Shown here piece by piece: positions 1-8,611 of a DNA stretch of 12,999 bases. Position 1 is the stretch's first letter; each line of letters begins with the position of its first letter. The translations under genes and the position numbers were made by a program. The DNA comes from Octopus sinensis (taxonomy: Eukaryota), in contig NW_021826357.1 in NCBI RefSeq assembly GCF_006345805.1, forward strand, positions 1 through 12,999. Direction: 5' to 3'. A model generated the notes under the pieces. That model worked only from the letters and a program-made list of their open reading frames with translations. It was not told the DNA's origin and did no database searches.

Positions 1-4
1 TACA

Positions 5-234
5 AGGCAGCGAGCTGGCAGAAACGTTAGCGCGCGGGACGAATGCTTGCGGTATTTCGTCTGTCGTTACGTTCTGAGTTCAAATTCCGCCGAGGTCGAC
101 TTTGCCTTTCATCCTTTCGGGGTCGATAAATTAAGTACCAGTTACGCACTGGGGTCGATGTAATCGACTTAATCCCTTTGTATGTCCTTGTTTGTCCCCT
201 CTGTGTTTGGCCCCATGTGGGCAGTAAAGAAATA
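5..234 (+). mobile_element. tRNA-derived SINE family A, full length, young (tail type 1)
   Basis: Pol III box A-like TGGCAGAAACG (16-26) and box B GAGTTCAAATTCC (76-88). Central GCCTTTCATCCTTTCGGGGTCGATAAATTAAGTACCAG resembles Meta/CORE-type SINE domains. Near-identical inverse copies at 10124-10543. Confidence 0.9.
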
Positions 235-240
235 TATATA

Positions 241-414
241 TACACATATACGACGCGCTTCTTTCAGTTTCCGTCTACCAAATCCACTCACAAGGCTTTG
301 GTTGGCCCGAGGCTATAGTAGAAGACACTTGCCCAAGGTGCCACGCAGTGGGACTGAACCCGGAACCATGTAGTTGGTAAGCAAGTTACTTACCACACAG
401 CCACTCCTACGCCT
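241..414 (-). mobile_element. SINE family B, 5' half (head + CORE-like body up to the internal microsatellite)
   Basis: Reverse complement AGGCGTAGGAGTGGCTGTGTGGTAAG...GGTTCAGTCCCACTGCGTGGCACCTTGGGCAAGTGTCTT; near-identical to 3985-4153. Confidence 0.9.
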
Positions 415-970
415 AAAGTTCAATTAGCGCTTCGTACGTTCGTAGTAATCATCAAATTTCAAAATGTATTTAACTGATAGTCGAGTTCTTGACAACTGTA
501 GTACCTCTTAGAACGCTCCAACAAGCTGAACTTTTGGAAAACGGTTCTGACCAATCTGCATGCACCTTAAACGTCACAATTTGCCGAGCGTACCGCTATT
601 CTGCAATTTGTTTATATTCATATGTTAAAGATACTTTTTAGTCTACATCATTAAATGGTTGTTATATTATTGTTGTTTAAATCCAATATCACCAAAACCA
701 ACGAATATACTATCACACATTGTGCCAACCTAACAAAAGAGAAACATCGACGGGCTTGTTTACAATGTTCTACCTACATGAATAAATTCAAGACTATAAA
801 GTAACCCAAAATTTAAAAAATGGAAAGTCCTCTAAAACATATTTTCATAACAACCAACCAAGGAAACCTAACTACCACTCCACTCAAATCCACACAGTCG
901 AAGATGCTTTTGTGGTCCCTTATATTTCCTCCTTCGCGTCACTTTCCGAATAACTTCTGCTAGCTATCCT

Positions 971-1270
971 AGTACTTACTTGTACTTGTGACGGCGTTCA
1001 CCCAGGGCGGGTTGAGCCGGCTTCTTCTCTGGACCTGACGGCATCACAAACCATGGAGACCTGCGCTCGACAATCCTGTGCGAGGTCACTGGAGCTAGCG
1101 AGCCATTCGCGGTTCCATCTGCGCAGACCGACCACCTGCGGACCTGAGAGTTCGGAGAAGTCCTCCTTTATCGTCGTTGCCCAGGTCTTCAGCTGCCCGC
1201 CCTTGCGTTTGCGTCAGTTGGGAAGTGGAGGTGGGAGGAGGACATCTCGAATCAGATCATCCTCTGGTAG
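971..1270 (-). mobile_element. RTE-clade LINE 3' fragment (pseudogenised ORF C-terminus + CAAGTA tail)
   Basis: Minus-strand translation PEDDLIRDVLLPPPLPN*RKRKGGQLKTWATTIKEDFSELSGPQVVGLRRWNREWLASSSDLAQDCRAQ...TRPG* resembles the RTE C-terminal GGQ.KTW..T.K.D...LAQDR..W region. In-frame TGA at 1216-1214 replaces the expected W; terminal stop at 1000-998; tail CACAAGTACAAGTAAGTACT. More decayed homology may extend to about 1440. Confidence 0.8.
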
Positions 1271-1524
1271 CACCAGATATTGACTGAGAGAAGAGGTCCG
1301 TGGCAATGATGGACAAGCTTCATCGAGTCTTGTTGATGCTACTCGAATATATCGCTTATATCAACACATCAGCTCTTAAGATTCGGTGGAGATGGAGACC
1401 ATCCAATATGGAACCAAGCCGATCAGTCGATATCGAAAGTAAAAAGTTTTACGAGTTATAGTTCTAATCCATTCATCCCAATGTACACAGGTCACATTGA
1501 TCCCCCACTAACACTACTAATTTT

Positions 1525-1875
1525 ATGACCCTGCCCGCTTCCTACATTTTCTCTGAGATCTTCCAACATAAAGTCACGCTTCCCCATCCGACCTTACATA
1601 TTGAACCTCTGCTTCTTGATCAGAAATCTTACAACTCTTCTGCAAGTCTACAAGGTGTACAAATTATTCCTTCCACTCAGCGTGTCCAGAGAAGCTTTGT
1701 CTATAACATCTTTCACTACCCACCTGTATCCAGCATGAATTGGGGGATTAATCGGAAAAAAAAATGAAGACGGCGTGGTCACAGCTGCATTTGTTCACGT
1801 GCTTGCTTGATAACGGCAAAAATGCGGCTTAAAAACAACAGTAAAAACTCCAGTAACAGCAACAATAACAGCCAC
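1525..1875 (+). mobile_element. Possible old LINE 3' end (CR1/L2-like C-terminus, 3' UTR and decayed CAA tail)
   Basis: Weak resemblance of VTLPHPTLH...IIPSTQRVQRSFVYNI to CR1-type C-termini, ending in GGCTTAAAAACAACAG..CAACAATAACAGC, a decayed (CAA)n-like tail. Highly degenerate. Confidence 0.3.
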
Positions 1876-1993
1876 AAAGTCCCTGCAAACCAAGAATCAG
1901 CTATTAATCAACCAACAAACCAACCCAATAACCAGAGTAAGAATGACAAGTGTATCACAGCTAAATATCAGTAACAGCTTGTAGAAATGATTT

Positions 1994-1999
1994 CATACA

Positions 2000-2033
<34 letters not shown>

Positions 2034-2036
2034 CAT
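1994..2036. repeat. (CATA)n microsatellite
   Basis: Direct reading. Confidence 0.95.
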
Positions 2037-2039
2037 GAA

Positions 2040-2364
2040 GGCGCATGGCTCAGTGGTTAGAGTGTCGAGCTTACGATCGCGAGGTTGTGAGTTCGAATCC
2101 CGGAGCGGGCTGCGTGTTGTTTTCTTGAGCAAGACACTTTATTTCACGTTGCTCCAGTTCACTCAGCTGTAGAAATGAGTTGTGACGTCACTGGCGCCAA
2201 GCTGTATCGGCCCCTTTGCCTTTCCCTTGGATAACACTAGTGGCGTGGAGAGGGGAAGCCGGGATGCATGGGGGACTGCTGGGCTTCCATAAAAACAACC
2301 TTGTTCCTTGGACGGTAACTTTCTAGGTGCAATCCCATGATCAGTCATGACCCAAGGGGGTCTC
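2040..2364 (+). mobile_element. tRNA-derived CORE-type SINE family C, full length
   Basis: tRNA-like head GGCGCATGGCTCAGTGGTTAGAGTGTCGAGCTTACGATCGCGAGGTTGTGAGTTCGAATCCCGG (box A 2046-2056, box B 2089-2100). Followed by CORE-like CTTGAGCAAGACACTTT...CAGTTCACTCAGCTGTAGAAATGAG. Flanked by CATACAT on both sides. Confidence 0.85.
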
Positions 2365-2379
2365 ATACATACATCTAAT

Positions 2380-2417
<38 letters not shown>

Positions 2418-2466
2418 ATATATATATATATATATACAGATATATATATATAATATATTATTATAC

Positions 2467-2497
<31 letters not shown>

Positions 2498-2546
2498 CAT
2501 ATGCATATATATATATATACATACACACACATATACTTATACATAT
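2380..2546. repeat. Interrupted (TA)n/(CA)n microsatellite
   Basis: Direct reading. Confidence 0.95.
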
Positions 2547-2600
2547 ACTTGTTTCAGTCATTTGCTTATTTTACTGCTACCATTCTGGGGCACCGCTTTA
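2546..2600 (-). mobile_element. SINE family B extreme 3' end fragment
   Basis: TACTTGTTTCAGTCATTTG...CTGGGGCACCGCTTTA matches 3719-3765 of the full B copy. Confidence 0.75.
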
Positions 2601-2608
2601 TATCTATG

Positions 2609-2998
2609 CTAGCAGTATTGCCCGGCGTTGCTCGGGTTTGTTTCGACCCTTTATTAGAATTTTTGAAAAGTAAAAATTTTGCATTGTGTAGCTTGTTATT
2701 CTCTTTAAGCGAACATTTTCCTGGTTGAAATACACCGTAAAATGGCGACACAGCAATCAAAAAATCGTAAAAAATAGGGATTTTCAGAGAAAAAAAAAAG
2801 CACCTTTTTGATGTAAATAATTTTTGGTATTAACATGGTCCGATTTGAATTTTTTCTTCTACCGAAGGAAGATCAGGTCTTCTTCTATCATACTCTCAAC
2901 TTTGGTCAACTTGCGCCGCAGGGTCTCGGAGGAGATAGTATTAGTTGAAGGCTATCAAACTTGCCATACACAGACAACTTCAGCTTTATACATAGCGA
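2609..2998 (-). mobile_element. Non-autonomous Helitron (rolling-circle element), ~390 bp
   Basis: On the minus strand: A|TC start (TCGCTATGTATAAAGCTGAAGTTGTCTGTG), 3' GC-rich hairpin CCCGAGCAACGCCGGG (2636-2621), then 8 nt and terminal CTAG (2612-2609). No TSD. The base after CTAG is C rather than the canonical T. Confidence 0.75.
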
Positions 2999-3140
2999 TT
3001 ATAAAGGCCGTTCATTGATCGTTCATCCATTTCTTCGTGTAAAGAAGTGAAGTATATGATGAAGTTAAAAAATAAGTAATTTTTTTTCTTTGCAATTAAA
3101 TTTATGTAATATGTCAAATATTTTCTATATCTATATTCAT

Positions 3141-3180
3141 AAACTATCTGTTTCTTAATATTTGTGCATCATCGGAAGCA
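3141..3180 (-). ncRNA. Decayed hammerhead-ribozyme-like motif, copy 1
   Basis: Minus: CCGATGA TGCA CAAATA TTAA GAAAC A GAT AGTTTAT; U4>C and U16.1>A relative to the hammerhead core. Homologous to 4268-4300 and 9820-9785. Confidence 0.35.
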
Positions 3181-3284
3181 GCCTGTTCTTTGTGTCATAT
3201 TCAAGCTTGTAGTTTTCGTTCTAAATTATGTAGCATGAGATCGTATGAGAGAGAAAAAGTAACAACCAAAGAGAAGGGCCATGC

Positions 3285-3287
<3 letters not shown>

Positions 3288-3321
<34 letters not shown>

Positions 3322-3372
3322 AGACAGAGATGGGGAGGAGCGAGAGAGAGTTAGAGAGAGAGAGAGAGAGAT
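3288..3372. repeat. (GA)n microsatellite, interrupted
   Basis: Direct reading. Confidence 0.95.
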
Positions 3373-3689
3373 AAAGACAGAAAGAGATAGGAGGAATAAT
3401 GTGGCAGTTAGTAAATTCTTATTTATTCATCTGCTAAGAACATAGTGACCAGCTGAATTTTAAATTCCGATCGTGAAGACATTGCGTCGTTTTAGTCCTT
3501 TTACGCCAACAATTAAATGCGCCTGATAGCAAAAGACAAAAACAAAATATTCCTCTGTCACTTGAATTTGAAATTCAAAGAGTAGCTTTAGAGTCAGCTG
3601 CTAAAGAAATATGAAGAGCGTAAGCCCAACCTTAACGCTATCTTCTCTCTCTTTCCCACTTGGCTTTTTTCATCCCCTGAAACTTTGCC

Positions 3690-3919
3690 TTACTTTACTC
3701 TTTACTCTTTTACTCTTTTACTTGTTTCAGTCATTTGACTGTGGCCATGCTGGGGCACCGCCTTTAGTCGAGCAAATCGACCCCAGGACTTATTCTTTGT
3801 AAACCTAGTATTTATTCTATCGGGCTCTTTTGCCGAACCGCTAAGTTACGGGGACGTAAACACGCCAACATCGGTTGTCAAACGATGTTGGGGGGAAAAA
3901 CAGACACACAAATATTTAC

Positions 3920-3977
<58 letters not shown>

Positions 3978-4153
3978 TATACATATATACGACGGGCTTC
4001 CTTCAGTTTCCGTCTACCAAATCCACTCACAAGGCTTTGGTCGGCCCGAGGCAATAGTAGAAGACACTTGCCCAAGGTGCCAAGCAGTGGGACTGAATCC
4101 GGAACAATGTGGCTGGTAAGCAAGCTACTTACCACACAGCCACTCCTACGCCT
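3690..4153 (-). mobile_element. SINE family B, full length, with internal (TA)n(TG)n microsatellite and (TAAAAGAG)n-like tail
   Basis: Head at 4153, box B-like GGATTCAGTCCC, CORE-like CACCTTGGGCAAGTGTCTT, internal microsatellite about 3920-3990, 3' end GACTGAAACAAGTAAAAGAGTAAAAGAGTAAAGAGTAAAGTA. Four other homologous pieces in the window. Confidence 0.92.
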
Positions 4154-4214
4154 ATATCTTTTTGTCTTTTGGACTAACAACTTCTATCTGATTTAGAAAA
4201 GAAGGCTGTGACTC

Positions 4215-4238
4215 TAATATAATATAATATAATATAAT
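4215..4238. repeat. (AATAT)n short pentanucleotide repeat
   Basis: Direct reading. Confidence 0.85.
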
Positions 4239-4261
4239 TTAATAAAGAGACTATCTGTTAT

Positions 4262-4307
4262 GCTACACTGATGATGCACAAAGCAATAGAAACCGTCTGT
4301 TTATAGC
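4262..4307 (+). ncRNA. Putative minimal type I hammerhead ribozyme (best-preserved copy)
   Basis: GCTACA-CTGATGA(4268-4274)-TGC ACAAA GCA-ATA-GAAAC(4289-4293)-C-GTC(4295-4297)-TGT TTAT AGC. All conserved core nucleotides are present. Stem I ACA/TGT plus GCT/AGC; stem II TGC/GCA with 3 extra nt; stem III AC-N-GT with a 1-nt loop. Predicted cleavage after C4297. Confidence 0.5.
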
Positions 4308-4851
4308 TATGAATATATGATAAATATGAAATAAATTTAATTATACAAAAGTAGCTTTTTGCGTAATTTGAAATGAAGAAACACTTTTTTTACTTCTTCA
4401 CATATGACTTTTCCTTGCACAAATTAATTGATACTCAATTAACTGACTTTTTAGACAAATAATAGGAAGATTTTCAAATTTCACAACATTGACCGTCACA
4501 AAGAGGACTTGGAGAAAAGCTACCATAATCCTACTTAAAAAATCCTACGTAAAAAAATCAAAGACAGCTGATAGCAACAGAAAAGAGTAATGTGTATGTG
4601 TGCGTATGTGTGAGAGAGAGGGGGGAGAGTCAGAGAGAAAGAAAGTGAGTGTACATGTGCAGACATCCAGGTTCAGGGTTACAAAGGAAATTGTACTCAA
4701 TATATGCGGAAAATTATATTTATTTGTAAAAGTGCTGGTGAATTATTCCATTGCTACTCAGAGTTTCTGACTGCGCATGATCATTACAAGACCAAAGTGA
4801 TGAATGTTCAGTGAGAAATTCTGAGTTCTGCCCAAGTGGATGTTCAGGTCT

Positions 4852-4852
<1 letters not shown>

Positions 4853-4924
<72 letters not shown>

Positions 4925-4941
4925 CATCTATCCATCTATCT

Positions 4942-4978
<37 letters not shown>

Positions 4979-5049
4979 ATATATATATATATATATATAT
5001 ATTATCTATTATCTATCTATCTATCTATCTACCTATCTATCTATCTATA

Positions 5050-5088
<39 letters not shown>

Positions 5089-5089
5089 A

Positions 5090-5142
<53 letters not shown>

Positions 5143-5147
5143 CTATC

Positions 5148-5179
<32 letters not shown>

Positions 5180-5228
5180 CTACATAGCTATCTATCTGTC
5201 TGTCTGGCTGGCTGGCTGTCTGTCTGTC
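4853..5228. repeat. Compound (TATC)n/(TA)n microsatellite grading into (TGTC)/(TGGC)
   Basis: Direct reading. Confidence 0.97.
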
Positions 5229-5229
5229 A

Positions 5230-6265
5230 CAATATGTATGTATATTATCTATATGTACATATGTGCATTTATGTGTGTGTGTGTGTGCGTGTGCGTGCTT
5301 ATGTATATTTATGTATGCTTACATGTAAACAAACACAAAACAGGCATGCGTGCGTGCACACACACATACACACACACAAACAGATACACAAACACACACA
5401 CACACATACGCACACACAGATAAACACATTTGTACATACAGAAGTACACACGAGCGGACATACGAACAAATACACATCTGTATACGGACCTGTACAATAT
5501 GTATATGTATGCGTAATAACATGCGTGTGCGATTATATGTCTGAATGTCCCTCTCTCTTTCTCTACCCCCTCTCTCTTTCCCTCTTTGTGTGTCTATGTG
5601 TACGTGTGTGTATTGCGTTTGTGTGTGTGTGTGTTTTGTTTACATGCATCTGCCTGCCTTGCACGTATATGTCCTGATATCTAAGACACATCTTAGACGT
5701 AAGATCTGTCTTGCTAAATTTGTCAATTTCCTTCGTAATACTATACACACCTCAACGATTGCATGTCTGTATATGTTTATATGCGTTGCACATTTCATTC
5801 TTGTCTGCAATGTGCTTATGCACGCGCGCTTGTGTATGTATGTATCTATATGTGCATACACAGACACACACACATATACATACATGTATGCATGTGCGTA
5901 TATATATATATATATATATATATACATAAATATAAATGCATATATATATATGTGTATATATATAAATATATCTATCTATATATATATGTATATATATGTA
6001 TATATGTGTGTGTAAGTGTGTGTGTATGTGTGTGTGTATGTGTGTGTGTGTATGTATGTATGTATGTATGTATGTATGTATGTATGTATGTATGTAGTAG
6101 AGGTTTATTTGGTCTGTATCGTTGTTCATCTGGGTGTATATATTATCTTGATTTCATACTGTAGCCATTTCGCAGAACTGGGTGTTTATACTATGTAATT
6201 CAGCGTATAATGCGTGTGTTTGCCTAATGGCGTTCGCGTATGTAGGCGTATATATACATACATAC

Positions 6266-6314
<49 letters not shown>

Positions 6315-6464
6315 TGGAAATACATAAACACACACATATATGTATACACACACACATATATATATATATACATACATATATATATATTGGTGTGTGTGTA
6401 TTCGTATATATTTATATACATCTGCATATAAGTATATATATGTACATATACATATATATATGTT

Positions 6465-6528
<64 letters not shown>

Positions 6529-6578
6529 ATATACATATAGATATATACATGAGTGTGTATGTGTGTATGTGTGTGTGT
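5230..6578. repeat. Degenerate compound (TG)n/(CA)n/(TA)n/(TATG)n low-complexity block with short unique spacers
   Basis: Direct reading; (TATG)n about 6048-6095, long (TA)n runs at 5900-6000 and 6270-6545. Confidence 0.92.
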
Positions 6579-7232
6579 CAAGACTGATCAACATTTTATC
6601 GGTTTGGATCAGGAATTTTATACAAAACCCCCTACAACCAACCTGCCCTCTTCCTTTGACAAGCAGAACAATTTTTAGAAAACCAGGAACCAGCTGTCAA
6701 AGAATACGAACTTATTCATCAATCATACCCACAATGCATTTGAAGTTCTATACTCCTAAACAGGCGTGTATAACACACATGGTATATATCGGCCGGTGTA
6801 TATCTTACCTACTAAAGACACCATTGCTTAAATTCAGCGTCTTTTGGGTTGTGTTTTTTTAAGAAGGGTGAGTGTTTATTCCGTTGTTTTTGTGTGTGTT
6901 TCTGTTGTTTTTCTAATATGTCGTCTAAGTTTCTTCCAGTATTATACTGATTATTTGATTGGTCGGTTTGTTCTTCGTCTTTTTAGTGATTTTTCTCCTT
7001 GATATTTTAAAAATTTATCTTATATATATATATATAAATTTCTCCCCACAGAGGGCGTCCAAAGACAAGTGTTGTTTCTCCTTAGTTTTGAAGAGATATT
7101 GCTGGCTCGGTTTTATCCCTCAACTTTCAGAGAGCATTCCAAAGCGAAGAAAACGGTTGTTTAGAATTAGCCATACAACCATTTTGTGGAATTCTCTTAT
7201 TAAATCATCATATCGCCTCGCAGTTGAACTCC

Positions 7233-7482
7233 GTTCTGCGACGATTTCATCTCAATCGAAGGAGAGGGGCTTTCTCCGTCTGGGTTGCGGATCCGTGGAA
7301 TAAGCTGCCGGACGAGATAGTGAAGATGCCGACGACCACTCGGTTCAAAGTCTCTCATGACCAGAAATGGCCTGAACTCTTTGCATTAACACCCTCTCTG
7401 TACATAACTCCATATACCCCTACATGGCCTTGCTTTTTGCTTTTTGAGCCAAAAAATTAACTTAACTTAACTTAACTTAACT
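7233..7482 (+). mobile_element. CR1-clade LINE 3' fragment, 5'-truncated, with (TTAAC)5 tail
   Basis: Translation VLRRFHLNRRRGAFSVWVADPWNKLPDEIVKMPTTTRFKVSHDQKWPELFA fits the CR1 C-terminal FS.RV...WN.LP..V....FK..LD..W motif. Short 3' UTR, then TTAAC x5 at 7457-7481. Confidence 0.85.
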
Positions 7483-7785
7483 AGACAAAATACCATATTT
7501 CATGGCTTAAAGGATGCACCTTCTTTGAAACAAGAAGAAAAGAAGAAAAAGTAAGGTCTCAGGAAATCACCCCGGGTACTGTATGCGAAGCAGTTTCCTA
7601 TAAGCTTTCTAACGTTCATGTTTTCTTAAGTATGCGCTGCTTAAATTGGGATACGTCTAATACGCACGGGTACTTTTTATGCCATCAAATCCGGTAATGT
7701 TTCTCTATTGCTGATATCATGTGACCAGGTCGCAAATGACATTTGATTGTCCGGTTGTCTGAGACTTCGGTCAATCTACCGCTCC

Positions 7786-7920
7786 TGAAATGATATTTTA
7801 TTTACTAAATTTGAAAGAATGAAAGACAAATTTGACCCCAACCAACATCGGGTGTTTGAACTCAGGATTAGAGAGTCACAACAAATATCGTAGAGCATCT
7901 GACGACTCAGCCACATTGCC
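7786..7920 (-). mobile_element. SINE family A, old decayed copy
   Basis: GAAAGAATGAAAGACAAATTTGACC...TTTGAACTCAG...CAAATATCG aligns with the family A antisense GAAAGGATGAAAGGCAAAGTCGACC..TTTGAACTCAG. Confidence 0.6.
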
Positions 7921-7953
7921 ATCTTTGCAGTATCACAAATGATGTAAAATTCT

Positions 7954-7995
<42 letters not shown>

Positions 7996-8000
7996 AGAGA
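7954..8000. repeat. (GA)n microsatellite
   Basis: Direct reading. Confidence 0.97.
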
Positions 8001-8033
8001 AACTATAGCAACAAGAATAATGAATGAATAAAT

Positions 8034-8175
8034 ATCAAGTTTTGGAACGAGGCCGATACATTTTAGGGGATAGAGTAATAAGAGTACATCGACTCCATTA
8101 TCATCTGGTACTCATTTTATCGACCCCCAAATGATAAAAGCAAGTCAACCTTCACGAAACATGAAAACTGAACTT
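8034..8175 (-). mobile_element. SINE family A, decayed, tail type 2, 5'-truncated
   Basis: TACATCGACTCC...CTGGTACTCATTTTATCGACCCC..AAAGCAAGTCAACC. Confidence 0.7.
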
Positions 8176-8205
8176 AAAGAACCAGAGATAAATAATAATA
8201 AATAA

Positions 8206-8385
8206 TTCTTTCGAATTTCGGCACAAGAACAGAAGTCTTGAGGAGAGGGTCGAGCTGATTACATTGATTCAGTGCTCAAGCAATTTTTATTCTATTGACT
8301 CCGAAATTATGAAAGGCAAAGACGAATTCTGCTGAGAAATTAAAGATCAAAGTAGAAATGCCGCTAAGCATTTTGTTCCCCGCCT
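8206..8385 (-). mobile_element. SINE family A, decayed, tail type 2
   Basis: GGCACAAG...GATTACATTGA...GAAAGGCAAAG...GAAATGCCGCTAAGCATTTT..CGCCT. Confidence 0.75.
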
Positions 8386-8404
8386 AAAAATAAACACTAT
8401 AATG

Positions 8405-8596
8405 GCTTCAGATTTTTTTCACAGGTCCTGAAGTTTGGAAAGAGGGACTCGCTGATTACATCAACCCTGACTGGTACATATTTTATTAACCCCAAATGTT
8501 AAAAGTCAAAGTTGACTTCGGTGGAATTTGAACCGAGAACGGAAAGACAAACGAAATGCCGGAGTGCTAATGATTCTGCCAGCTTGCCCGCCGCCT
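8405..8596 (-). mobile_element. SINE family A, decayed, tail type 2
   Basis: GATTACATCAACCC..CTGGTAC..AAAGTTGACTTCGGTGGAATTTGAAC...GTGCTAATGATTCTGCCAGCTTG..CCGCCT. Confidence 0.8.
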
Positions 8597-8611
8597 TACA
8601 AATAAATGTTT

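Noticed and set aside
1053-1283. 76 aa plus-strand ORF
   Set aside because: Antisense shadow of the RTE fragment.
1530-1720. Minus-strand RT-like reading (IDKASLD...VGSGQG)
   Set aside because: Two stops and only loose resemblance to the KAFD...GVRQG motifs; the plus-strand LINE 3' end interpretation fits at least as well.
2040-2111. Functional tRNA gene
   Set aside because: Acceptor and anticodon stems pair poorly, and the sequence continues into a CORE-like SINE body.
4424-4442. TTAATTGA-TAC-TCAATTAA hairpin after hammerhead copy 2
   Set aside because: AT-only stem, not seen beside the other copies.
4797-4824. C/D snoRNA boxes GTGATGA...CTGA
   Set aside because: Only 28 nt span, with no terminal stem or guide.
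4811-6862. Long ORFs (up to 288 aa) rich in IYLS, YI, CV and HT repeats
   Set aside because: Translations of stop-free microsatellites; no coding signature.
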